Source: a virus (lineage: Duplodnaviria > Caudoviricetes). Taken from it: DNA of 64,000 bases. Of this stretch, positions 43,446-53,671 are shown piece by piece. The first letter of the stretch is position 1; every line of letters begins with the position of its first letter. The notes under the pieces are model-generated. The model did not search any database. It was not told the origin of the DNA and saw nothing but the letters and a program-made list of their open reading frames with translations. The DNA lies in IMG/VR virus record IMGVR_UViG_3300025437_000009; one strand, written 5' to 3'. The position numbers and the translations under genes were made by a program.

Positions 43446-45500
43446 TTACTTGATGCTTTCTTTTAATTCGTCAACTAAACTATTTAGTTTTTTGCTTTTT
43501 TCGTTCTGTAGCTTAGTCCAGTAGTCGGTGGATTCATCTACATGTTTAGGTTTCTTATGTGCCTTCTTCATAGCAATAGCAATAGCGGCCTGCTGTGCTG
43601 GGCTACCAGCTTCTTTCATAATAGGCATAAGTGTAATTTTATCCGCTTTGGTTTTGTCGCCCTGATTATATAACTTCTTCTTCCAGTTATCGTGGAATTG
43701 ACGAGCTTGTTCATAGTAGTCAAATTGTTTAACAGGTTTACCAGCTAGACAAACAGCATATGGTTCTACTTTTTTAAAGTCTTGATATCCCTCTGCTACA
43801 CCCTGTTTTAATTTGCGTTCATAATCAGCTATAATCTCATTGCGATATTGTGGACTTTGTGCAATAGCACGATTGATATGATCAGGATATACAGGAGTCT
43901 TGGCTTGTCGGTTTACTACTGCATGGTGACGTGGATCTGGATCATCTTCCCATTCGCCATCATCAAAATCATTTTCAAATTTCATATTACCACCAATTGG
44001 ACTTGCGCTATCGTTAGCCATAAAGTCATTACTGTCTTCATCAACACCTGTTAATGCTATCACAGGATCTGCACTTTCTTTAGCCCATTGATCGTGCTCG
44101 CTTGACCAGTCGTTTGTACCATCATACCAACTGTCTTCTTCAAGTCCAACCATTGTATACTTGTTAGCAGGATCTCTAACACCAATCTGCATGCCAGGAT
44201 ATTTGTTTTTGATAGCCTGTGCGTGACGCTGTGCCAACTCTTGTGACTCATGCGACTTAATAGGTACCCAATCTGCTCCTACACGTTTGCATACAGTATG
44301 ATACCCTGCCGCATTAGGTACTGTAAGTCCTCGAATAGCTAGGTCTTTCATGCCGCCTTCTTCTAATTCACCTTGATTGGGATCGGATACAGGTTTAACA
44401 TAAGCGCCTTTGTTGGTAAGATATTCGTGAATAAACTGTAACAAATAACTAGGATTACCAAATAGATTTAACACTAGAGTCTTTTTAGTTTCTGAATCAG
44501 GCATTGCAGATAGGATGTCCATGACACCTTTAATCTGTTTGCGTTTGATTTTGATTGGAATCAAACTGCCCGGAGCTTCAATATCTACTGTATCGTGATT
44601 CGCTACATACGCATTGACAAATTTTTGTAAATTATCATCTGCTACTTGTTTAACAAAAGGAGTTGGGTTAACAGCTTCTGCTACCTTTTGTCCACCCACT
44701 AGACTTAATAAACTAGCCGCTTTTTGTTGTCTTGCTGTACCTAGGTCTTTTACTTTACCTGCACCAGTAGTGGGCTTTGGTTGAACAGTGGGTTGATTAG
44801 CAGCCCAATTAGTAGCTGGTTGTGTTTGATACTGAGCCAATTGTTGTTTTGGACTTACTACTCGTCCTGGTGTTTGTGTCAATTGACTAGCCATCTGACC
44901 TAGTGCAGGACTTGCAGTAGGTTCTTGAGTTGTTTGAGCAGTAGGCTCTTGTGCCGTTTGTTGAGTCTGTTGAGGCTCGGCGGCAGTTGATGATGTTCTT
45001 GGAACAATAAATGTAGGAGCTGTTCTTGTTTGTGCAGGCTTAGTTGAAGCCTTAGGAGTTCCAGTAACTGGATTAAATAAGTCTTTGGGTTTTTGTGTTA
45101 CCTTAGGTTCTTCTCCACGCTCAATATCCTGTGCAGCACGTGCTTGCTCGGGCGGTGTAAGATCCATACCGGCAACTTTTTGTGTAAAGTCTTGGAAACG
45201 ACGTTCTTTGTCTTGTACAAACTTGTTAGTAGAATCGATCTGTTTATATAAATCTTTTTCTTGTTTTTGCAGTTGATCAATTTGTTGTTGCTGTTGTTGA
45301 TTTAACTGATCAGTTTTCCAACTGTGCGCCGCCAGGGCTTCTACATCATTAGCACCGGGATATTCTTTACGTGCAGCATCAATGGCCTTGCGAGTATCTG
45401 CATACTTAGTAGTTTTATAAAGATCTTTATCCTGAGATTTCTTTGCGCTAGCTTTTGCTTCTGCAAAGGTCAATGGATTAACTAAGTCGTACAAATTCAT
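43446..45500 (-). CDS. Large modular putative internal head protein
   Basis: 684 aa; segments separated by FAE, VAE, LEE, MKE and VDE sites; Q/T/P-rich linkers. Confidence 0.75.
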   Translation of the reverse strand: MNLYDLVNPLTFAEAKASAKKSQDKDLYKTTKYADTRKAIDAARKEYPGANDVEALAAHSWKTDQLNQQQQQQIDQLQKQEKDLYKQIDSTNKFVQDKERRFQDFTQKVAGMDLTPPEQARAAQDIERGEEPKVTQKPKDLFNPVTGTPKASTKPAQTRTAPTFIVPRTSSTAAEPQQTQQTAQEPTAQTTQEPTASPALGQMASQLTQTPGRVVSPKQQLAQYQTQPATNWAANQPTVQPKPTTGAGKVKDLGTARQQKAASLLSLVGGQKVAEAVNPTPFVKQVADDNLQKFVNAYVANHDTVDIEAPGSLIPIKIKRKQIKGVMDILSAMPDSETKKTLVLNLFGNPSYLLQFIHEYLTNKGAYVKPVSDPNQGELEEGGMKDLAIRGLTVPNAAGYHTVCKRVGADWVPIKSHESQELAQRHAQAIKNKYPGMQIGVRDPANKYTMVGLEEDSWYDGTNDWSSEHDQWAKESADPVIALTGVDEDSNDFMANDSASPIGGNMKFENDFDDGEWEDDPDPRHHAVVNRQAKTPVYPDHINRAIAQSPQYRNEIIADYERKLKQGVAEGYQDFKKVEPYAVCLAGKPVKQFDYYEQARQFHDNWKKKLYNQGDKTKADKITLMPIMKEAGSPAQQAAIAIAMKKAHKKPKHVDESTDYWTKLQNEKSKKLNSLVDELKESIK

Positions 45501-46258
45501 TATAGTGTTCCTGCTGATTTCTGTTTAATTTGTTGTAGGTTTTGAATTAACTTGTTAGCATCGGCTGGATTGGCATTTACTAGAGCATCTTCAACACCCT
45601 TGCCAAGAGCACCAACAATCTTCTTACCAGTCTGATCCATACCAGCTCCAGTAGTTGGGTTGACATTAGGATTCTGTGCGTTAGCTACAGCAGTCTTGGC
45701 AGCTTGACTTGCACCAACTCCAGTTTTAATTCCAACTAAATTTTGTAACTTTTGGAATGCTTGACCAGTCTGTGCTGTTTGCTGAGCCAGTTGTCTTTGT
45801 TTAATAGGGTCTTGACCCTGAGGAGGATTATTTGCACCAGCTTCTTTTACTGTTTCTTGTTCTTTTACAAATTGTTCCCATGCGGCCATTAGTTCTTCTT
45901 CTAAGTCACCGTTTATTGGACTGCGACTATCATCAGGACCTGCACCCTGTACATAGTTCATCTCTAGGCCACTTTCTTCCATACCGCCTACACCCATACC
46001 TGGCTTAGGTGGGTTAGGATCAGTACCTTTCCAATAGCCACCAAACTTTGCACCCGATGGATGCTTTTCAGCATCAGCCATAGAACCTTCATCCATGTCG
46101 CCCATGATGTTGTCCCAAAATTCTGCGTGCTCATGTCCCCATTTTTCACAGAACTGATCACGTGTCATGCGCTCGGCATCACGCCACATGGCTTCTTTGG
46201 TCATGCCTTCATCTAAGCGTTTGAATGTCTGCAGAATGTTGTAAAAATTATTATCCAT
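45500..46258 (-). CDS. Modular putative internal head protein
   Basis: LDE/G, MDE/G, MEE/S, VKE/A sites. Confidence 0.72.
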   Translation of the reverse strand: MDNNFYNILQTFKRLDEGMTKEAMWRDAERMTRDQFCEKWGHEHAEFWDNIMGDMDEGSMADAEKHPSGAKFGGYWKGTDPNPPKPGMGVGGMEESGLEMNYVQGAGPDDSRSPINGDLEEELMAAWEQFVKEQETVKEAGANNPPQGQDPIKQRQLAQQTAQTGQAFQKLQNLVGIKTGVGASQAAKTAVANAQNPNVNPTTGAGMDQTGKKIVGALGKGVEDALVNANPADANKLIQNLQQIKQKSAGTL

Positions 46259-46713
46259 TACTTAGGAGCCTTAATTTTAACAGGACCGCCTTTGGTCATT
46301 TGATTAGTATAGGTCTTTTGACGCTTGATCATTTCGGTAGGCATATTACCCTGCTGAGAAAAACTTACGGCAACACTAGGGCTACCAGTAGCACCAGCAG
46401 TGGCATTTTCATTCAGACTTTCAGTGAACATACGTTCTGCATCTCTAGCATCAAATCCTGGAACTTCTGGTTGATGTCCCATTTCGTGCTGACTTTTTAA
46501 ATAATCAGTAACAGCATCAATCATACCTTTGGCAACAGCAATTTTTTCCTGGCACCATTCTGGGATATCTTCGTTATTTTTTAAACTTTTGGCTAGTTCA
46601 ACTGCATCGCGAACCATAGTATGTAGGTTATTTTTGACCATACCCACTTCGTCACTATACTCGTACTTTTCTGCTGATTCTGCGTATTTGTTAATAAAGT
46701 CTGTAGTTTTCAT
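46258..46713 (-). CDS. Modular putative internal head protein
   Basis: MKTTDF..YAE, LNE/NA; TAAATA at 46740-46735. Confidence 0.72.
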   Translation of the reverse strand: MKTTDFINKYAESAEKYEYSDEVGMVKNNLHTMVRDAVELAKSLKNNEDIPEWCQEKIAVAKGMIDAVTDYLKSQHEMGHQPEVPGFDARDAERMFTESLNENATAGATGSPSVAVSFSQQGNMPTEMIKRQKTYTNQMTKGGPVKIKAPK

Positions 46714-46737
46714 AATATAATTCCGTTGTTAGTGTAT

Positions 46738-47010
46738 TTATTCTGTTGTTGTAAACTCGTTTGCGGAAACAACATCATCTACTGTTATGTTCTTAGTCTG
46801 TATGCTTCCGCTTGAATTTATCTGCTCTACTCGTAACACATGTGATCCGGGCAGTAAATTTACTATAATATTTTCACGCACAAATACTTCGTGAGCTGAC
46901 CAAATAAAATCTCGTTCAGTTAATAAATCACGGTCTACATATATGCGATATGTGGGATTAGATTCTCCTCGACGTGCATATACATCTACGGTGATTTTAT
47001 GTTCGGTCAT
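46738..47010 (-). CDS. Hypothetical beta-rich protein
   Basis: 90-aa ORF. Confidence 0.65.
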   Translation of the reverse strand: MTEHKITVDVYARRGESNPTYRIYVDRDLLTERDFIWSAHEVFVRENIIVNLLPGSHVLRVEQINSSGSIQTKNITVDDVVSANEFTTTE

Positions 47011-48014
47011 GGGTTAAATGCTAACTTAGCACGTTCTGCTTTAAGTTGCTCAATTCGTTGTTTGAGCTTTTCTTTATATTCTGCAGGTAATTGTTCTGTA
47101 GTAATACGTTGTTTAATTTCGTCAATTAAATTTCCTAAATGCTCGATCTCTCGCATAGTTAAACGATCAACAGCACTGGGCTCTGTTTCTGCTAAATCAA
47201 ATGCTTTAAGGCTTTTTTTAATCTGTCCGGGACGCACATCTTTAGTCAAACTCATTGAATAGCGTGGATCATTGGCCTGTGCTTTACTAGCAACAACACC
47301 TACACCCGCGGCTTCACCAACTGGTTCGGGTTTTCCTACCTTTTGTAGCTGGGCTTTATTTTTTAACTGTGGTGGTTCTACAGATTTTGCTGGCAACAGT
47401 TTATTATCCATAATCTGTTGAGCTTCGTGAGTATAACGTCCGTACAAATCTTTGATTATTTGTTGACGTTGAGCATTATCGGCTTTTGCGTATAAATTTC
47501 TAATGCTAGTAGCACCAGTAATTTTTTGTCCTAGTATTTCAAATTCTTGTACTTTGACAGTTTGAACGTATGCGTGTTTATCTGCACTTTCAACTGAGGT
47601 TTGATCATTGGGTAAGGGTTGTAATTTTTTTGGAGTACCGTCTGATTTTGTTCCGCCATTGAATAAGCCTGGTTTTTCATCTACGTCTTTTTGGCTTACA
47701 GGGAAGATCATAACAGTATGGCTAAGATCATTGATTCCCAGTGCTTTGGCAGCAACATCGGGGTTATAGTTGTTTGATAACTGTAGTATGCGATCAGATG
47801 GAATTCCCAACAAGTTCATGAAATAAACTCGTTCGGAAAGTGTAAAAGGACTGTCTGGGAGTTCTACTTTACCGCTGGTGCCAATATAGACATTTTCACG
47901 TCCGTATGTACCAACTAGGTTGTTGTAGACTGCAGCATGTCCGCGATGGAAGGGCTGGAATCTACCACAAAAAATAACAACAACACGCCGTTCGGCTAAT
48001 TCATTAATAAACAT
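47007..48014 (-). CDS. Cytidylyltransferase-like (HxGH) nucleotidyltransferase domain protein
   Basis: GRFQPFHRGH, SATxIR-like GATSIR; N-terminus MFINELAE. Confidence 0.75.
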   Translation of the reverse strand: MFINELAERRVVVIFCGRFQPFHRGHAAVYNNLVGTYGRENVYIGTSGKVELPDSPFTLSERVYFMNLLGIPSDRILQLSNNYNPDVAAKALGINDLSHTVMIFPVSQKDVDEKPGLFNGGTKSDGTPKKLQPLPNDQTSVESADKHAYVQTVKVQEFEILGQKITGATSIRNLYAKADNAQRQQIIKDLYGRYTHEAQQIMDNKLLPAKSVEPPQLKNKAQLQKVGKPEPVGEAAGVGVVASKAQANDPRYSMSLTKDVRPGQIKKSLKAFDLAETEPSAVDRLTMREIEHLGNLIDEIKQRITTEQLPAEYKEKLKQRIEQLKAERAKLAFNP

Positions 48015-48044
48015 AGTAACAGTTCTCTATTACTATATTTATCT

Positions 48045-48500
48045 TTAAATGTTTTCAAGCAACCATATGTAAAAGGGTGATTCGACCGGTAAGGTCCACG
48101 AGCCGTTCCATCCTAGATCTACACAGTTATCAAGCACAGGCCTGGAGGGATCGTCCCCAACAAATGTGCTTTTTCTCCACGTTAATTCACCTATATCAAT
48201 ATCGTCAATCTCAACGCTATCAATATGTAATAACATGTCTTTGACAATCACAAAATCTTCTTTGGTTTCGTCATCTTTGACCACTTGATCATTGGTTTTA
48301 TTTTCAAATCGAATCGTAAGTTTACAGGGACCTTCATCAACTGAAACATCAAATTCAACAAATTCAACTATGCCCGACTCTTGGGAGATAATACCTTCGG
48401 AGTATTTTGTGTCATTTACTAAGACAGTATACTGGGGTTTTTTATCCCAGTATACGCCCGAAAGACCAATTTTAAAATGAAGATTTTCTGTACTAGACAT
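48045..48500 (-). CDS. Hypothetical acidic protein
   Basis: 151-aa ORF. Confidence 0.7.
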   Translation of the reverse strand: MSSTENLHFKIGLSGVYWDKKPQYTVLVNDTKYSEGIISQESGIVEFVEFDVSVDEGPCKLTIRFENKTNDQVVKDDETKEDFVIVKDMLLHIDSVEIDDIDIGELTWRKSTFVGDDPSRPVLDNCVDLGWNGSWTLPVESPFYIWLLENI

Positions 48501-48502
48501 TG

Positions 48503-49387
48503 TTATGGTGTTGGTGTTGCTTGTAGTGCTTTTTCCATTTGAGCACCCTGTGCTTTTAGTGTATCTTCAATGATACCCATGCTACCACGCTGACCGATAG
48601 CAATCTTATCTAAGTCACCAGCATATTCGTAATGTCCAACGTGGTTCAACAATACTTTACTGTGTGCCCAAATTTCGCCACCTAGTTCTTGCCAACGACG
48701 GCAGAATAGCCAATCTTCTGACAAATAGTGACCACGTTCGTCGATCTTGCAATCGAAGATTGAGTACATCATTGGCTCGTACTGCTTACCTAGACCTACA
48801 TCGTCTACATATTTGCACTCTGGATGTGCAGCAATTAACTTTTCATATACTGAACGTTTGAATAGTAAGAAGCCTGTGCCCATTGTATCTACTGTAAAGA
48901 TATCGCCTTGAATCTTAGTCTGTGGCATCAAGTTAATAACATAACTTACAGGTAGGGCCTTCTTAGGATACAAGCCACCGATGACTTCTTTATCGTAAGC
49001 CAACATACTTAGAATTGATTCTGGTTGGAAACGAATATCAGCATCAATAAACATGAAGTGAGTGGCCTGTGTGTTAGTCATCATCTTAGCCATTAAATTG
49101 TTACGAGCACGTGTTACTAATGATTCGTTAACCATTGTGTCTAATGACCAATTTAGACCAGCTTGTGCGGCTAGTAATGTAAACCGTAGGAAGCTGGTCA
49201 TTGTTGGTTCTGAAACCATACCACCATAGCATGGGATACCAATGTGCAAGTGAATTTTGCTAAAGTCAAACGGTTGACCTTGACCTTGTGGTTGTGCCAC
49301 TGGAGCAGCGGCTGCTTGTTTTTGTTTTGCGGCTGCTGCTTTGATTAAATTCACAGCATCGGCTTGACTGATTTTCTTATCGCTCAT
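48503..49387 (-). CDS. GT-A fold glycosyltransferase-like protein
   Basis: IGIPCYGG, SLVTRARN, FIDAD, SEDWLFC, H.G. Confidence 0.8.
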   Translation of the reverse strand: MSDKKISQADAVNLIKAAAAKQKQAAAAPVAQPQGQGQPFDFSKIHLHIGIPCYGGMVSEPTMTSFLRFTLLAAQAGLNWSLDTMVNESLVTRARNNLMAKMMTNTQATHFMFIDADIRFQPESILSMLAYDKEVIGGLYPKKALPVSYVINLMPQTKIQGDIFTVDTMGTGFLLFKRSVYEKLIAAHPECKYVDDVGLGKQYEPMMYSIFDCKIDERGHYLSEDWLFCRRWQELGGEIWAHSKVLLNHVGHYEYAGDLDKIAIGQRGSMGIIEDTLKAQGAQMEKALQATPTP

Positions 49388-49411
49388 TGATATCTCTCTT
49401 TAGTTAATTGA

Positions 49412-49576
49412 TTAGGCTGATGTTACTTCAACAAGTGTGCCTGCACCTGCTAATTCTTGTACTACTGCTTCTAAACTAGTAATTAGGTCTTCATTTACGG
49501 CTGTACCAGCGGTGTCTGAATCTTTAATTAATTTACTGATTTTAATAACCAGCACATCTTCTTGTAATTTTGCCAT
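49412..49576 (-). CDS. Small hypothetical protein (54 aa, not in the ORF track)
   Basis: MAKLQEDVLVIKISKLIKD...; SD AAGGAG and TAAATA upstream. Confidence 0.6.
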   Translation of the reverse strand: MAKLQEDVLVIKISKLIKDSDTAGTAVNEDLITSLEAVVQELAGAGTLVEVTSA

Positions 49577-49601
49577 CACAGGCTCCTTGAATAATATGCT
49601 A

Positions 49602-50336
49602 TTATTTATCGGCCACTACAACCAGCTCGTGAATATTTGAAACCAAACCTGGAGAAATTAATGCAATAAAAGTAGTGACACTAGGATCATTTGTGTAAAA
49701 ATATCCATTCCACATGTAGCTACTAGATTTGGTTAGCATGGTCAAAAATCCATTGGGTATTTTAACCATTTCTGGCCCAAGAGAATTAAGATAGTTTAGT
49801 ATGCTGTCCTTAACGTCTTTCGAATACTTACCATCACGGAGCACAACTTTATGGCTATAGCCAAGATTCTTTTTGCGTATAATAGCACCAGAATCTAATA
49901 AATTCTTTGAAGTATCATCTTCTGGGCCAGTGATATTTTCAATATAGACGTGGTCTTTGGGACTAAAATATGTATCAATTATAGTTGTTAATTCTTCTTC
50001 GGAATTAGCGTATAGTTGTAGTCGAGGCTCTTCAATTCGCATTTTAATATTAGGTAATCGCTGATGCCTTAAGGCTTTCATACGCTCAAGGAATTCAGGA
50101 TCAGCCTTGTCTATATTTTTTGCTAGTCTTTCTCCCCACCATCCTTTGATATTTACGGATAAGACTCTGCGATGTTCTAATTCATCAACCACTGACCTTT
50201 TACTGTCTACAGCACGACCAGCTGGACAAAATACGATTAATCTATATAGATACCGCCCATAAAACTTTTTAGAAGTATGATCCCGTACAATCTTAGGATT
50301 GTACAGAATCCATTTTGATATATCCATTAGCATCAA
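49602..50336 (-). CDS. Hypothetical protein
   Basis: 244-aa ORF; start uncertain. Confidence 0.7.
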   Translation of the reverse strand: MMLMDISKWILYNPKIVRDHTSKKFYGRYLYRLIVFCPAGRAVDSKRSVVDELEHRRVLSVNIKGWWGERLAKNIDKADPEFLERMKALRHQRLPNIKMRIEEPRLQLYANSEEELTTIIDTYFSPKDHVYIENITGPEDDTSKNLLDSGAIIRKKNLGYSHKVVLRDGKYSKDVKDSILNYLNSLGPEMVKIPNGFLTMLTKSSSYMWNGYFYTNDPSVTTFIALISPGLVSNIHELVVVADK

Positions 50337-52581
50337 TCATAGGAGTTGCTGGGATAAATTGACCCAGAGCAGTAAATTCAAAAGCATCATCCCGCCAATC
50401 GACTTCAATTACGGTGTGTGCAGGAATAGTGTCGAACAAAATCTTTTTACTTAGTGGTACTTTAATCAAATCGTTAATCTTACGACCTAAAGGACGAGCA
50501 CCCATTTTACTATCGTAGCCAACTTCAGCTAAATGATCTGTTGCTGCTTCAGTTAACCGAATCTTCAGTGATTTTTCACTTAGTAGATCATTCATTTCGT
50601 TAATAAACTTAGCAACAATCTTCTTAATACTGATAGTATCTAACTTATTAAACTTACAAACACCATCTAAACGATTGCGGAACTCTGGTTTAAAGAAGTC
50701 TTTAACTGCTTTGTCATCTTCACCAGACTTTTGTAATTCACGACCAAAGCCAATGTTATTACGTTCGTTATCTGCAGCACCAAGGTTACTGGTAAGAATA
50801 ATAATGGCGTTACGTGCATCTGCTTTTTTACCGTTACTACTTGTAATAGTACCTTCGTCCATTAACTGTAGTAAGATATTCATTACATCCGGGTGTGCTT
50901 TTTCGACTTCGTCAAATAGAACAACACAGTTAGGATTCTTTTCAATGTCGCTGATTAATAATCCGCCACCAAGATTTGAGTCATCATATCCAACATAACC
51001 TGGAGGAGCACCAATTAATTTAGCGGCTGCATGCTTTTCTTGATATTCACTCATATCGTAACGTAGCATCTTCATGCCCATACCTTCGGCCAACAATTTA
51101 GCAAGTTCTGTTTTACCAGTACCAGTTGGTCCCAGGAATAAGAAATTACCAATTGGTTTGTTCATTGATTTTAGTCCAGCACGTGCTACATAAATTTTAT
51201 CCAGGACTGTATCTACTACAGAATCTTGTCCGTATAGTTTAGTTTTGATTGTTTCTTCCAGCCCCACAAGACTTTTAGTTGATTCAGATCCAATTTGTTC
51301 TGCGGGAATCTTAGTAAACTTACTGATAATGTCAACGATATGACTCTTACGCACAGTCCATGCTATGGCATTAATTTTTAATTTAGCTGCGGCTGTGTCA
51401 ATTAAGTCAATGGCTTTGTCTGGTAACTTCTTGTCTGGTTGATAACGAACACTCAAATCAACAGCGGCATCAATAGCTTCATCACTGATTGACCCTTCGT
51501 GGAATGCTTCAAAATATTCTTTAAGGCCATGTAAGATTTCTTTAGCTACTGCGGGAGTTGGTTCCTCGATGGTCATACGTACAAAGCGACGCATAAGGGC
51601 ACGATCTTTTTCAAATGATTGTGTGTATTCTTCCCAAGTGGTTGATGCAATAACTTTAATTTGTCCTTTGGCCAGTGCAGGTTTAATCATATTAGCAAAG
51701 TCTACTGAACTGTTACTAGCTGAACCAGCTCCACGCATTTGATGTGCTTCATCAATAAACAAGATGCACTTGCCTTTGGCCTGTAGTGCACCAATGACAT
51801 CTTTAAACTTTTCTTCAAACTCACCACGATATTTAGATCCAGCAAGCAATGACCCAATATCTAAATTCCATACTGTGTAGTCGCGTAAGTATTCGGGAAC
51901 ACTACCCTCAACAATATTGCGGGCAAGTCCTTCGGCAATAGCTGTTTTACCCACACCGGCATCACCAACCATTAAGATATTACACTTGTTACGTTTGGCC
52001 AAGACCTGTGCTATTTCATCTAGTTCAAATTCACGTCCGACTACTGGATCAATTTTACCGTCTTTGGCCTGCACATTTAAATTTTCACAGTATTCACGTA
52101 GAATATCATCGGCACGTGCATTGGCCGGCAAACGTTTGGCTTTACTTTCTACATAATTTTGATTATAGAATTCAACCAATTGACTGCGTTCTAATCCATA
52201 TTTGATAAAGAAATAACTTGCGTGGCTATTTGCTTCGCTGGCTATACTTAAAAAGATATCAATGACTTGTACATGATTACGTCCACTAAACAGGACCTGT
52301 GTAAATGCACGATTAAAAATTCTTTCAAGACTGTGAGTTTTCTTTGGAATATGATCTGCGTCAGGGGAAACTAGATATGTTTGTTTATTTAAATAATCCT
52401 CGAGGTCTTTAACTAGAGCATCAGCATCTATACCATAGGCCACAAGTAAATCATTAAATGGTTTAAATGTTACAAGTCCGTGTGTTAAGTGTTCTATGGT
52501 AACATATTCGTGGTTATAATTTTTTGCTAGATCAGTTGCACTAGCAATAATAACTTCAATTTCTGGATTGTGTTGGATCAT
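50293..52581 (-). CDS. clpA: ClpA-like Hsp100 ATPase
   Basis: Clp N domain, two AAA modules (GDAGVGKT, GPTGTGKT), KYRGEF and PPGYVG pore loops, IGF loop, no ClpB M domain. Confidence 0.9.
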   Translation of the reverse strand: MIQHNPEIEVIIASATDLAKNYNHEYVTIEHLTHGLVTFKPFNDLLVAYGIDADALVKDLEDYLNKQTYLVSPDADHIPKKTHSLERIFNRAFTQVLFSGRNHVQVIDIFLSIASEANSHASYFFIKYGLERSQLVEFYNQNYVESKAKRLPANARADDILREYCENLNVQAKDGKIDPVVGREFELDEIAQVLAKRNKCNILMVGDAGVGKTAIAEGLARNIVEGSVPEYLRDYTVWNLDIGSLLAGSKYRGEFEEKFKDVIGALQAKGKCILFIDEAHQMRGAGSASNSSVDFANMIKPALAKGQIKVIASTTWEEYTQSFEKDRALMRRFVRMTIEEPTPAVAKEILHGLKEYFEAFHEGSISDEAIDAAVDLSVRYQPDKKLPDKAIDLIDTAAAKLKINAIAWTVRKSHIVDIISKFTKIPAEQIGSESTKSLVGLEETIKTKLYGQDSVVDTVLDKIYVARAGLKSMNKPIGNFLFLGPTGTGKTELAKLLAEGMGMKMLRYDMSEYQEKHAAAKLIGAPPGYVGYDDSNLGGGLLISDIEKNPNCVVLFDEVEKAHPDVMNILLQLMDEGTITSSNGKKADARNAIIILTSNLGAADNERNNIGFGRELQKSGEDDKAVKDFFKPEFRNRLDGVCKFNKLDTISIKKIVAKFINEMNDLLSEKSLKIRLTEAATDHLAEVGYDSKMGARPLGRKINDLIKVPLSKKILFDTIPAHTVIEVDWRDDAFEFTALGQFIPATPMIDANGYIKMDSVQS

Positions 52582-52589
52582 AAAAATAT

Positions 52590-53450
52590 TTATTGTGGAT
52601 TAGTTAATGAACGAACTATTTCTAATTGTTCTGTAGTAAGGTTTTGTGGTACAGTCAATGCTACTTCAACGTATAAATCTCCTCGACGATCTGAATTTAA
52701 TTCGTATAAACCTTGTTCTGGTAATCTAAATTTTATACCAGGTTGAGTTCCGGCAGGTAAAGTTAATATAAATGTTTTGCTATCTAATCCCACTATGGTA
52801 ATATCACCACCTGCTGTTGCTAGTAAACAGTTTACACTAGCTCGGTGGTATAAGTCAATGCCATTGGTAATAAATCCGTCGGCATTATGTACTTTAAAAT
52901 GAACATAAAGGTCACCTCGAGGTAAAGTATTGAATAAATTATCTCCAAGTCCGGAATATTTAATTTGTGTACCATTGGTCACACCCCTTGGTATTTTAAC
53001 TTCTACTGTTTCACGATGACCGTTAGTAGTCTGTACACTGATAGTTTTTGATTGTTCTTCTAAGGTTGTAACTAGGGGTAATGCAATTTCAATACGCAGG
53101 TCTTTGTTGCGTCTTTGTTGTTGTCTAGCTTGTGCAAAAGGATCTCCGCCAAACCCAAAACCAAAATTTCTAAATATTTCGTCAATGTTGGGATGATTCA
53201 CGCCACCACTGTGCCAACGGAATATCACATTCTCATCACCGACACCACCACCAAAGCCATTACGTTGCATGTCATAGTGTTGACGTTTATTTGGGTCACT
53301 GAGTGTGTCGTATGCTTGTTGTATTTCTTGAAACTTGGCCTTGTCTCCACCCTTGTCAGGATGATGCTGACTAGCTAGTTTTCGATAAGCTCGTTTGATT
53401 TCGTCGGGAGAAGATTTGTCCCCAACCCCTAAAATTTCGTAATAATTCAT
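52590..53450 (-). CDS. DnaJ/CbpA-type co-chaperone
   Basis: J domain with HPD, G/F region, C-terminal domain, no zinc finger. Confidence 0.92.
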   Translation of the reverse strand: MNYYEILGVGDKSSPDEIKRAYRKLASQHHPDKGGDKAKFQEIQQAYDTLSDPNKRQHYDMQRNGFGGGVGDENVIFRWHSGGVNHPNIDEIFRNFGFGFGGDPFAQARQQQRRNKDLRIEIALPLVTTLEEQSKTISVQTTNGHRETVEVKIPRGVTNGTQIKYSGLGDNLFNTLPRGDLYVHFKVHNADGFITNGIDLYHRASVNCLLATAGGDITIVGLDSKTFILTLPAGTQPGIKFRLPEQGLYELNSDRRGDLYVEVALTVPQNLTTEQLEIVRSLTNPQ

Positions 53451-53456
53451 AGTGCT

Positions 53457-53485
53457 ATTATAAATGAAAAAGCCGGCAGAGTCAA
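53457..53485 (-). promoter_or_regulatory. sigma70 promoter (leaderless dnaJ), overlapping a terminator-like hairpin
   Basis: TTGACT-17-TATAAT-6 nt-ATG; AGCCGG..CCGGCT followed by a T tract. Confidence 0.65.
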
Positions 53486-53515
53486 CTTACCGGCTATCAA
53501 ATTGTAGAAAATGGA

Positions 53516-53671
53516 TTATTTCTTTTTCTTGGCAGGTGCAGTTGGTTTATCGTCTGCAACCTTGATTGATGCTTCTGCTTTTTTATGCTTTTTAATTTCT
53601 TTTTTTGGAGTAGCGGCAACTGCTGTAGTAGCGATCATCGCCATGATTAAGATTGATAATAGTTTTTTCAT
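53516..53671 (-). CDS. Small secreted basic protein (51 aa, not in the ORF track)
   Basis: MKKLLSILIMAMIATTAVAA signal peptide, then a K-rich tail. Confidence 0.6.
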   Translation of the reverse strand: MKKLLSILIMAMIATTAVAATPKKEIKKHKKAEASIKVADDKPTAPAKKKK

